From Chlorokybus atmophyticus (taxonomy: Eukaryota; Plantae; Mesostigma and Chlorokybus algae): a stretch of 64,000 bases of DNA. Shown piece by piece: positions 53,549-64,000 of this stretch; within the stretch, counting starts at the first letter, position 1; each line of letters starts with the position of its first letter. Where the stretch lies: assembly GCA_009103225.1 (NCBI GenBank), contig RHPI01002402.1, positions 248,001 through 312,000 of the forward strand, given 5' to 3'. The position numbers and the translations under genes were made by a program. The notes below the pieces were generated by a model. The model was not told the DNA's origin. It ran no database searches and saw only the letters and a program-made list of their open reading frames with translations.

Positions 53549-53800
53549 CCCCGGAAGGAGCAGCAAGCCACCCACACCGCACCACCCGCCGACGCTGCCG
53601 CAAGACCCACACAAGCCAGAGCCTTCTAACGCCCAAGCATGGCGATGGCGACGAGGACCACGATGAACGCCAATTCCCACCAGCGACGCCCGCCCTGGCC
53701 TGGCCTGGTCCGGCCTGGCCGGGCTCCCTGCCTTCGGCCAAGCAGCGGTATACCCGATGCTTGGAGTATACCGAGCAGCGGCGTACGCGGAGTTGCCAAC

Positions 53801-53809
53801 TAGGGTTTT
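53801..53809 (-). promoter_or_regulatory. Telo-box variant in the divergent promoter of the small gene and SF3A2/snoRNA host
   Basis: TAGGGTTTT. Confidence 0.5.
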
Positions 53810-54160
53810 GGGCGGCGGCGGAGACCAGAGCGCAGAGTAGTTTTTAGCGGCGGCGGTTAGCGGCGGCGGTGGCGGCCGACGAGAAGGAGGAAGAGGATTA
53901 TCAACAGGAGGAAACAGTGCCTACAGAGTTAGTCATAACGCTCTAGGCGATCCTGTCCTGCATGCAAACTGTCCACTTTCTACTGTTGACGTAGGCCTTG
54001 CGCTGGTTGCTTCGGTGCTGGTTGGCTAGCAGCGAACTACGTTTTACGGTAAAGTTGGCTGCGGCAGGCCTTGCCCGACATTCTCAACGGTGAGCCTGAG
54101 TTGGTCGAGTCGCGCTCCTTACGTCTCTACCAACACTGGTTGCCTTATTTTTTTCACCAA

Positions 54161-54254
54161 AGCAGCTTGGGGGTTGATGATGAAAAAACATTCAAAACAG
54201 TTATCCCTAACCGAAATCTTTGTGTGGACGTAATGCATCTGACCCCAAGCTGCT
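54161..54254 (+). ncRNA. C/D-box snoRNA, snR38/SNORD1 (plant snoR38Y)-like, predicted guide for LSU rRNA 2'-O-methylation
   Basis: Perfect 12-bp terminal stem AGCAGCTTGGGG/CCCCAAGCTGCT; C box TTGATGA 54174-54180; D box CTGA 54239-54242; guide CAGTTATCCCT complementary to conserved LSU AGGGAUAACUG before D'-like CCGA 54211-54214. Confidence 0.85.
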
Positions 54255-54312
54255 CTGGTCATGATTCTATGTGTGCATGCATCGTCAATGTACGGACGTG
54301 TGCATTGCACTT

Positions 54313-54402
54313 AGGCGGCCTCTGATGATCTTTATCTAACGACAAGCATATATCTGAGTGGCGCTTGCCACATGGCGAGTTTAGCTTTTCTGAGGCCTGC
54401 CT
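54313..54402 (+). ncRNA. C/D-box snoRNA, U27/SNORD27/snR74-like, predicted guide for 18S Am28
   Basis: Terminal stem AGGC-GGCC/GGCCTGCCT; C box CTGATGA 54322-54328; D' CTGA 54354-54357 preceded by GACAAGCATAT, complementary to 18S 5'-end AUAUGCUUGUC; D box CTGA 54390-54393. Confidence 0.85.
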
Positions 54403-54812
54403 TTTGGTTAACCATCGCTGTGTCATCTTTTGCTCGCAGTGGTCGTGCAGCTTCAATGTACTCACACTGTTTTTTGGCTTTCAGGCTCTGGAGCTCACGT
54501 AGCAGTGCAGGTTATCACTGCCGTGCCACAGTTGCTAAGCTTACAAGCCTGCTGCTTGACTCGCACTAGCCATTGGTCTCAGCACAGGTGCGTACTTGAT
54601 GCATGTAGACTTGTATGCACTACCGCAGACCACAGTTGGCTGCAGCTTCTGTGGTATATGGGCCTGATTCCTGACACTTGCTCGCATGTTGCACCTACTC
54701 ACTGCTTGCATGCTTTTGGCCGTGTGCCAGTTTTGCCTGAGTGTTGTCCCTAACTTTTGTTGCTCCTGGCAGGTGCGCGGCTGTTAGCTAGTTAAGTAGT
54801 GAGTTCTACACA

Positions 54813-55649
54813 ATGGATCGAGATTGGGGTGCGAAAACGGGAGGTGGTGGGCATGCGAGTGCACAGAATGAAGCCATTGACAGACGAGAGCGGTTGCGTC
54901 GCCTGGCACTTGAGACCATCGACCTGGCAAAGGACCCTTACTTCATGCGCAACCATCTTGGGAGCTACGAGTGCAAGCTCTGTCTCACACTGCACAACAA
55001 CGAGGGCAACTACCTCGCGCACACGCAGGGCAAGCGGCATCAGACAAACCTGGCCAAGCGAGCCGCGCGCGAGGCCAAAGATGCGCCCGCCCAGCCACAA
55101 CCCAACAAGGTGAAGGTCAACCCCACACGCAAGATGGTCAAGATTGGCAGACCTGGGTACCGCGTGACCAAGCAATACGACGCCGAGACCCAGCAGAGGT
55201 CTCTTCTCTTCCAGGTCGAGTACCCTGAGATCGAGGAGGGCAGCACGCCTCGCCATCGTTTCATGTCGGCCTACGAGCAGCGGGTCGAGTCTTGGGACAA
55301 GAAATTTCAGTACCTCCTGTTTGCGGCCGAACCCTATGAGACCATCTCCTTCAAGGTCCCTAACCAGGAGATTACCAAAACCAAGGACCAGTTCTTCACG
55401 CACTGGGAGCCCGACCGTAAGACCTTTACGCTGCAGATGTCGTTCAAGCCAAAGACCCAGCTGCCCCCACCCCCAAGCAATCCCCCGCCGCTACCGTCTG
55501 CAGCACCACCCCCGCCTCCTCTGCCAGCTTCCGCGCGACCTCCACCCCCGCCGCCACCTGGGTTCAGGCCTCCGGGCATGCCGCCCATGTCATTGCAGCC
55601 TAACCCAGGATTCCAGTTGCCGCCCCCTCCACCGCCACCGCAGCGGTGA
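54813..55649 (+). CDS. SF3A2: Splicing factor 3A subunit 2 (SAP62), intronless CDS
   Basis: MDRDWGAKTG..DRRERLRRLALETIDLAKDPYFMRNHLGSYECKLCLTLHNNEGNYLAHTQGKRHQTNL; KIGRPGYRVTKQ; PRHRFMSAYEQRVE; Pro-rich tail. Confidence 0.98.
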   Translation: MDRDWGAKTGGGGHASAQNEAIDRRERLRRLALETIDLAKDPYFMRNHLGSYECKLCLTLHNNEGNYLAHTQGKRHQTNLAKRAAREAKDAPAQPQPNKVKVNPTRKMVKIGRPGYRVTKQYDAETQQRSLLFQVEYPEIEEGSTPRHRFMSAYEQRVESWDKKFQYLLFAAEPYETISFKVPNQEITKTKDQFFTHWEPDRKTFTLQMSFKPKTQLPPPPSNPPPLPSAAPPPPPLPASARPPPPPPPGFRPPGMPPMSLQPNPGFQLPPPPPPPQR

Positions 55650-55959
55650 TAATGGAGGCTTGCAAGAGCTAGGGGAGTCTGTGCTGAACTGTATATACTG
55701 AGTAACTTATGTATGTACCATATAGTATTGAATTATGTTGTTTGTACAGTTAGGCACGCTTGATTGTAACTAACATTGCTCAAGCGCTAATGCTGCTCTG
55801 TGCGATGCTGTCATGATATTGCATGCACACAGCAACGCTGCGACAGCATGCATGGAGTTCGTGGCATGCCATGTGATGCATGTTGCGCGCTGTTGCGCAT
55901 GACCCTAATCGTCACTGCCAGTGGCAAAGTAGACGACATGCAAGGAGGTGGCGAGAGTT

Positions 55960-56390
55960 TGGGCCAAGGGGCGATAGGGAGGGAGGGGGGAGTCCATGTC
56001 CGCATGTTGCTGCTGTTGTGGTCGCCGCTGCACAAGGCGCAGGTGACTGCCATTGCCATGCATGTTTGATAGGCCGTTGCATTGGGAGGCTAGGCACTGC
56101 TGGCAAATGCGTGTTGTTGCTGACTTAGGCTGCTGCCTGGTGCTGGTTGTCGTGTGTAGTTAGGTATGGTCGGCCTACTGACTCATGCACGTGATGATAA
56201 TGTGAGGTAGAGAGTTATATGGTAGGCCGGCAATACGGGTTAGGTCAAGTGGTGGTTGATGGATAGCAGGCACATGCCTCAACCCGGTGGTCACATTGGT
56301 GAGTAGTTGTTGTGTTTGTATCAATGCATGTGCACGTAGGTTTGCATGTACCAATTGCCTCTTGCATCTTTTGTACACACCTATTGGTGA
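55960..56390 (+). repeat. Dispersed repeat family copy; also locally duplicated ~789 bp downstream
   Basis: GGGAGGGAGGGGGAGTCC..GCAGGTGACTGCCATTGCCATGCATG..CCCGGTGGT (56283-56291); 56229-56387 aligns with 57018-57201. Confidence 0.8.
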
Positions 56391-56974
56391 TCCGCGGGCC
56401 GTGCCATGCCAGATGCAAGCTAGGTTAGCACACGCTGTTACAGGTGTGCGCCTAGCTACCCTATGTTACGGCATATGGCTGCATGTTTTGTATGGCGCTA
56501 TTGGTGTGCCATGTGCAGATGACAACAGTGTGCATGGGGTATACATCATAGTCATCTCAAGTTACACACATGCTCAGTGCACAAACGACACAGAATACAA
56601 GAATAAGCCAGCATAAACAAGCAAACGCAATGATCACACTCGGGGCCTTCTTCCTCACCCAATCTATACCACACCAAGTGCCCTATGTGCTATGCAAGTG
56701 TCGTGCATCAAAAGGCAGCAGCAGCCACCAACGGCATACTAGTAACCAACCTGAGTCACAGGCATAGTTGTGGATGCATGCTGTGATAAATGGTAGTTGG
56801 TGCTTGATCAGGGGCACCGTGTGTGAATGTAGACTGGTAGATGACTAGTAGTAGTGCCCGCCCTGTTGGCCATGCATGGCAGTGCTCCTCAACCAATTGT
56901 GACTACATGGGGAGCAGAGGCATCTGCCCATGTAAAGCAAGAAGCACGCACAGCGACGACGTGTCTGCACGCAG

Positions 56975-57201
56975 AGAGATAGCAGTGACTGCCATTGCCA
57001 TGCATGTCTGACAGGGGGGCAATAGGGGTTAGGTCTAGTGGTAGTTGATAGATAGCAAGCACATGCCTCAGCCCGGTGGTCAAGTTGGTGAGTAGTTGTT
57101 GTGTTTGTAGTGCACTGCAAGTGCACGTAGGTGCACATAAGGGGTGTGCCGCTGTGCATGTGTACTCATTGCCTCTTGCATCTGTTGTACAGGACCATTG
57201 G
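56975..57201 (+). repeat. Dispersed repeat family copy (3' half)
   Basis: GTGACTGCCATTGCCATGCATGTCTGACAGGGGGG..AGCCCGGTGGT (57072-57080). Confidence 0.8.
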
Positions 57202-57330
57202 CAACGTATTTATACAACAATGTACATCAATACACATGGGTGCACAGCGTGTCTTGTTCACTACTGTGCATGCGTGTGTAAGTTATATGTGTCTGTGCGG
57301 AGCTAAGCATCCACAAAGCCACTTGGAGGT

Positions 57331-58460
57331 TCAGTGTGTACATCTACTTTCGATATGCTTGGTCTCGGCGTGCAACAAACAACACTGTACACCCAGGTTG
57401 TGGCAGCCGCGATTGACAGCTGAGAAGCTTCCTTCAGCTACCAAGCCATCTGCCGCATTCATGCCTGTACAGTGGTCACTAAGCAACAAACCAAACTTCC
57501 AAAAGGCACGCACTTGTACACGCACCCAGGCACACACGCAAGCACGCACTCCTGTAGCTCTTCGGGGCTCCTCCTCCACTTTTACCTCCTCCTCCTCTTC
57601 CTCTTCCTCCTCCTCATTGTCCTCCTCGTCGCTGTGGTGGAAGGGGTGTACTGGTGTGTCACTCGCAGGGTGAGAGACGCAATGTGTGTGTGCGTGCGTG
57701 CTTGTATGTGGTCGTCAACAACTGACTGTTGCGCATGTATGCATTGGATGCGCAGAGACGAACACACAAGCTGAAACGACTCTGTCGGTTGGAGCCAAAG
57801 GGGCCGCTCCTCCAAGCCCTACCTACATCGTCGACAACAACAACAACAACAGCACGTCGTGCAACCTGTGGGATACATGTGAGCGCGGTGGTGGTGCCGA
57901 TGTTGCAACTACCTGCGCATCTGCCGCAATGAGAGAAAGTGTCACACGTCATCTCTCTCTCGCTTTGAGCAACAATGATGCAGGTATCACTCCACCGTGT
58001 GTGTGCGCGTGTACGTGTACACGCGTGTATATCTGCCAGTGGTGCGAACCCAACAATTGGCACACGTGTGAGGAACTCGTTGTGAGGCTTGCTCTGCTGC
58101 GTGCCGCAGGTCGGGTCATTCATTTGATTGAGATGTAACTCTCTTGGAGCTTCATGGTGGTCAACTGCCTGTGAGCTGATGACGCCTGTACAAGCAGGAC
58201 CATTATATACATCAACACTGCTTGTATGGGTAATGCCTTTGACAGGCTCACAGCATGGACAGCTTGCTGGGTACCTGACCTAAGCACTGTGACTTTCAGT
58301 CTGTAAGCATACAGCATGAATCTGTGTGCCAGTGGTGATCATAAACACCACCAGCATGAGGCAAAGGGTGCCAATGTTGTGCGCAAGCTCCGCTGCACAT
58401 CCCTTAACCTCACACCTATCGTGTGGTATGAGTATGCCATTCGCTACCGCTCTCTGTGCG
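57331..58460 (-). CDS. Possible exons of an unidentified gene (acidic segment, possible TM segment)
   Basis: Acceptor-flanked open segments SDTPVHPFHHSDEEDNEEEEEEEEEVKVEEEPRRAT, GVISSQAVDHHEAPRELHLNQMNDP..., AELAHNIGTLCLMLVVFMITTG. No family recognised and no complete model. Confidence 0.25.
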
Positions 58461-59423
58461 GGAAGAGAAAAGGAAACAGAAAGCATAGCTTGGAAGATAC
58501 CTACCACAGCAACAGCAAATTACTGGCAAACAGAGTCAAGGCATGCAGTGCGATCATCACAGAGAGACGACGCCACGATAGTCGTCTTGACGCGCAAAGT
58601 GCGCTGCACATGTACAGCTCTTGTGATGCATTCTCATAAGGACGTGTGACACCATGAACTGTGTGCACAATACCTGGGTGTGAACTTTATGTCCTGTGCC
58701 AGTGTCAAGCGAGGGATTGCTTGGTCACTAAGCATACATTGATGTGTGAGTTATTTGCCACCGGATGTTAGATAAAGAAGAAAAATTGCGACCACACGAC
58801 ATGACGAACTTGAGACCGTGCACGTGCATTGGCTGTGAGCAAGGAGGAACTGTACGCTGGCATGGCATATGTGTCATCAAGCCTATCATGGGATAGCTTT
58901 TGCAAGGACAGCACTGGGTCCATGTCATGTCTGCGTGATTTAGAAAACGGTACACTGGACCAAAGAAAACACAGCCAAAAAGACAACAAAGCCATTGGTT
59001 GCAACGACTGTTCGTCAAGTTCAATGGCCCGCGGAACGCACAACAAAACTTGTCTCACATACTGTGTCCAGATGCTAGACATATAAAGCAACTACAATCA
59101 CAGAGTCTGGTCACTCAAGGGCCGAAATGCAAACAAGCTGCCACAGCAGCGATGACAAGGTTTGATATTACTATGTTTATATTATGGACCAGCGTGGTCT
59201 GTTGACTGAGTTCGGCATTGTGTCTGAGACCCCCTGCTACAAGAATAAACAAACAGAATATGGATATGCATTGCGTATAGGCACTCTCAGATGCGTGCCA
59301 ACACCTTGACATGTCGGAGCCACGTCGCACAAAACGGTACAACACAACCACACTGTCACCTGACCGCTACCAACACTATACACGCGCACAACACAGCCAG
59401 ATGCATGTCAGACTCACTACACT

Positions 59424-61632
59424 CTACACAACACAACCCGACAGTCGGGAGTGTGTCGTCCAATGGCTGAGCCCACAATTAGCCTGGTCTTCATTCTCAC
59501 CAGGGCTGCTGCTTGGCACAAAGATGTCTGCATAGGGTCCAATGGGGAGCCCTGTGCACAGATTGGTGATGTTGAAGCCGGGGCCGTACTCTGCACCCGA
59601 GGCCTCGAGCTGAACCGCCTCGGAGGCCGGAACCGGGAGGATGATGTTCACATTCAGCAGGTTTGCCTTACCGGCCTGAGATGCAGAGACGAAGTGTGGG
59701 TTGGAGGAATGAGCAGTGTATATGGTGGGTTTAAGAGTTGTATGCAACCAGTGGCTTACTTGGCTCAGGGTTCTGACTGTGACGCGGTTGCCGGGGTAGC
59801 CTGCAAAGCCGTTGGCCTGGTCAGCAAAGCCGATGGTTGTTGTTGATCTTGCCGTTTATGCCATCGGGGAAGAATTGGCCGCTGGTACCGTTGGCCGATC
59901 CCAAGATCAAGATGTTGAGAACCTATGACGCATTGTGTTTTAGGCGTGCATGTGTGTGTGCGCGCGCGCACACACGTGTGTGGCTCTTTGTCTCAAACGA
60001 ACTTGTACTCTCTTCAAACATGCACGCGCGCACATGACAAGTACCTGCTTGGGCGTGCGGCTGAGGGTGAGACCGCGGATGTCGGTGGGCACGTTGTTGA
60101 TCTTCAGGGTGGGGACTGCAATGAAGTTGGTGTTGAAATTGTACAGTCCCTGGTCGACATTGATGGGCCCGTCGAGGGGAGTTGCGGAGGTTGGACGCCG
60201 CCTGCACCACCTCACACACACGCAGGCCGTACGCTTCGATGGTGTAGTTTCGCCGCTCCCACAGCAGCTGCCTGTCCACAGCTGATTGGTAGCTCGCAGA
60301 ACCCGCCAGCCCCGACACCGCATCCGCCAGGCCCGGGTTGCTCATCAGCAAAATGCATCCCTTGGACCCAAAGTAAGTCTCAACAAAAGTCATCACCGCA
60401 CAGTAGCAGAAAGGAGGGGCACACACACACCCACAAGCGCACCAACACACATATATCCACAGGGACATGTAGGCGGGTGTGCTTTACCTTGTCTCCAGTG
60501 GCGCCAATCTCTGCAATGCACACGCAGCAGCAAGGCTAAGTGCGATTGTTTACAAACTTGCCGTTCGGAACTTAGAACAAACAAACACATACACACGTAT
60601 ACGCACAAAGCCAACAGGTTACCATCTATGAGCCATGTGCACAGCAGGAAGCGGATGTCATCTTTGTAGCAAACGAAACGGGGGCTGCTGACCTTGCCGA
60701 CAGCGGCGTCGAAAAACTTGGTGAAACCGAAGTTGTTGTCAGTGACGGGGATCGGCACCAAGCGCCCATCCAGCACCTCGCGAATCATTCTGCACATGTG
60801 TGGACATACACAACATGGGTCAACTGGGTCTACTCGCCGGGTATCATCTGCACATGGGGTACAACAACCGTCTCTGCCACGACTCACCGTACGTGGCCCT
60901 GCTCGTCCAATGCCACCTTCAGCCCACGGCTGCAGCTGGTTGCTCAGATTGGCCTTCCTGATGTTTTGGCAATCGCGCATGGAACAACAACATCAGCACA
61001 GTGGCAACTACGACTTATGCTCACAACAGTGTACACAAGTACCTGCCGCCGATGGCTTCGCCGAAACCCGTTCCGCTGAATGACAGCAGGTCGAGTGGAA
61101 TGTCCTGTCCAAGTGCTGCAAATGTGTCGAAGCGCGACTACAAGCACTCCGTGTTGGCTGGAAAGTTGAGCACATCACTGTCGAAGATCGCCTGAGAGCC
61201 GGCCTTGGCAGCAATCGTAGCTGCAACGCATGCAGATTAAGAGCAGGTTGCTGGCATAACTGTATATCAAGCAAGCCACAAAGCTAACAAGCACTGCTGG
61301 AAGCAACATCACACCTGCGCTCATGCCAAAAGTCACAGACACACAGACACAAGTATGCGCACATACACATACACACAAGCGCCACCCAAGACAGAAACAA
61401 ACAGAGACACTTGCACGCCCACGCACGCATACACCTTGCACTTCAGTTTGCTGTTGTTGGGGACGAAGTAGGGTCCTCCTTGATCCGTCGTAGTGAGGTC
61501 GCCGAGGGGAAGAAGTCCAAACTTGGTGGGCAGCGCACCGAGACCCTGCTGACGACAACTCCCACCGGCACCAAGCGCAAAGCTTCCGAAACAAGACATC
61601 GCTATTGCCGCGCATAGCAGCAGCGCCCACAC
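59424..61632 (-). pseudogene. Disrupted secreted ferritin-like (Ferritin_2 / desiccation-related PCC13-62-like) gene
   Basis: Signal-peptide exon; DSDVLNFPANTECL*SRF (TAG at 61138-61140 in place of conserved Glu); DEQGHVR; SPRF..FLL..IDEIGATGDKG; ASNLRN[fs]LDG; VPTDIRGLTLSRTPKQVLNILILGS..GQFFPDGINGKI; +1 frameshifts at ~60176-60179 and ~59834-59844. Confidence 0.8.
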
Positions 61633-64000
61633 CTGTGGACAAAAGGAGATAGGCACAGTCAGTTAGTTCATTGCATGGTGATTGCATGTTTCTGGAACGA
61701 GTCTCACTGGTGAAGCCTGACTCGCACTTGCCTAGGCCATACTTGGGGGGGAGTGACTGCCACTGAGTGACTGCTGCTAAGCACAGGAAAATCGTCCGAG
61801 CAATTGCTAGTTCTGAGATTGTGAATAACATGCCTGACCTTGTATACACTCCAGCCCCCCAACCGCAGTGTGCCTAAGGACAGTTATTCCAATGTGACCG
61901 GGTGCACTCCACAGGACTCCAACCACTCCGAGGACTGTGCCGTTACCTGCACTGCTGTTACAATCAGTGCGTATGGCTGCTGCCACTGGATGACTGGTTG
62001 AGTGAACGTGAAGCTGTCAATGTCACAAGCAAAGCAACTCGTCCGGCGTGCGTGTGTTTGATTAACACGCAGGCAACATGCAGGCAACCTGTCAGCTGCT
62101 GACGTTGCTCGTGCAAGTTGCAATTTACAGTCCTGTGGACAGCCAAGCCTCGGCCTGCTTTGCTTTGTCGTCATTGAGAAGCGTCCTTTGTGCACACAGG
62201 CTATTCGGCGAGGTGTACAAGCATGCTGGAGATTATGAAACTGCATTGACCAAGCCTCAGAAGCATGAACTCTTCCTCCTACCGTGCAGCCCCTTCTGTT
62301 TGCGAAACGTTCCAGCAACAGCATTCTGCAAATCTCAGTGCTTTGCACAAGCGCATTGGACAAGTTCGTGTCATTGACTTGCATGCTGCACCCTGCGTTC
62401 TTACCTAGCCAATGCCTGCCTTAAGAAGCTGGCAGTAGCATCAGCTGTCAGTGACAGCAGCAGCGTGCCAGCAGCTACGACGCGCAGCCTTCACCATGAC
62501 GCCAAGTACCCCCTCGCCTCTGCCACCTCCAAGCTGCAGCACGATGACAATGACGACAACACTGTCGACAAGGAGGTCAAGCAGGAGGCAAGCACAACGG
62601 CGGAAGAGGCGGAAGCCACACTCTGTATTAACAAGCTAATTTACATTGTTGGTTGTTGATCTCTTGCAAACACAGCTTCACACCAACTAACCAACCACGT
62701 ACATAGGCCAGTTCTGACACATTAGCATGCAGTGCATGCGCTGCTCCGCTAACATCATGCTTGTCAAGCAGACCATGCTGTAGCTGGCATACTCGTGCCG
62801 TATGTACTTGACATGCTTAAAGTGTTCCAACGTGCAGCAGCCAGTTCAAGCCTTGATTAGCTGTGTTTGAGTGTTGCTGTTACTTATGGCATGCAGGTTC
62901 ATCTTACAGAGGGGAAGTGGTACTCGCGTGTCTGTTGCGCACTATGAGCTTCAGCATCAAGCTGAGCGGGTACTCGCACGCTCAGGCGCAAGTCAACCCT
63001 GTCAACGCATAGAACATCATTCAAGCACCAGAAGGTAAGAGGCTGGTTTGCAGGCTGCTTGGCAACAGTGCAACTTGAGCCTAATTGCGTATACGCTGTG
63101 GATGTAGGCAATATGCCACATGCAGTGTATGCTGCACGTTTCGTGTTACCAAAAAAAATTGCTGTGATGGCAAAAGCAAAACTCATTTCGCCATCATTAA
63201 CTGGGCAGCTGTTATAACGCATGCAGGCACACAATTGCACGTGCATGTCCGCGCTTGCAAGCGTATTTGCGTACATCCGTGAGTGCATGCGTGCATGGAC
63301 ATAGCCCACCTTAGTAGCATGGTGGACGGTGGTTGGCTGTAATGGCGATTTATGTTCGTATTACTTTTTTATAACAGCATGAAAGGGCATGACACTTCGA
63401 GATTAACAACTTGGCGGGCGTTACAGATGACCACTGCTTTTTAGCATGGGGACACAGCTGTCGCATACACGCGCACTATGCACCTGTACTCTGGTTGGTG
63501 ACTGCAGCTACCTGCCTCACCCATCGTATCACGCACCCACATGTGCACAGCCCACTGACAACAATGTGAAACACAACTCCTTACTCGTTATGTACTAGCA
63601 TACAACATCGTCACACCAAGCTATACGTACTGTCATCCCTGCCTATCACTGCACAAGCATACTCACACGCATGCCAGCGGCATGCAAGCCTTACTACTGC
63701 AGCAGACAGGGTCGCGAAAACTTGGCACCTAGTAGGTTGATGGACCAAGGAACAAGCGACCACTGATTGGCAACACCTGCATTCCTACGCTGGTGATCAA
63801 AACGTTTGCAGTACTCCCAAGCTTATTCACAAGGGCATATTCGGTCGCAGTATGTTCTGCCGATGCACTTGAAGAGACATCCGCAATACGCAGTGATTGC
63901 TGCTTACAGGCAACATATTCCTTGGTTGGTCTCCACATGATGGATAAAGCGTTGCGAATTGGAGGTGACAGATGCTGCTGGGTATAAAGGCAGAGCCTAC

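Noticed and set aside
53990-54140. Possible third (H/ACA) snoRNA upstream of the C/D pair
   Set aside because: No ANANNA H box or convincing two-hairpin fold found by eye.
61138-61140. In-frame TAG as evidence of stop-codon reassignment or readthrough
   Set aside because: TAG terminates the FHA, lipase, Hsp110 and OBGC2 genes normally, and the same locus also has two frameshifts.
61850-64000. Short ORFs at the window end
   Set aside because: No recognisable domain or consistent exon chain; cannot be supported.

Overview
Eukaryotic, intron-rich nuclear DNA (GT-AG introns, mostly 70-400 nt) from a green-lineage organism. The gene set (OBGC2, JMJ22-like, DnaJ-ferredoxin, LysM/M23 peptidoglycan hydrolase) points to an early-diverging streptophyte alga; this is an inference. 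It is a draft assembly with N gaps, a 7.8-kb perfect (TC)n run and an exactly 150-nt poly-C run, both probably gap-filling artefacts. Twelve genes are reconstructable: NIPP1-like FHA (-), PXA-PX-Nexin_C sorting nexin (+), RBM28/Nop4 (-), class-3 lipase (+), plastid DnaJ-4Fe4S (-), Hsp110-type Hsp70 (+), LysM+M23 DipM-like peptidase (-), F-box/JmjC JMJ22-like (+), ankyrin protein (-), OBGC2 GTPase (+), a small membrane protein (-) and SF3A2 (+). There is also a disrupted ferritin-like (PCC13-62-like) gene (-). Features the ORF track does not show: two C/D-box snoRNAs (snR38/SNORD1-like and U27/snR74-like) in the 5'-UTR intron of SF3A2; strict strand alternation of 11 consecutive genes with telo-boxes at the divergent promoters; an unnamed ~200-250 bp repeat family concentrated in gene 3' flanks; a 3.5-kb AT-rich island splitting the DnaJ/Hsp110 divergent promoter; and a GTAC cluster upstream of the JmjC gene. 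Exon boundaries were read by eye and are approximate where stated.
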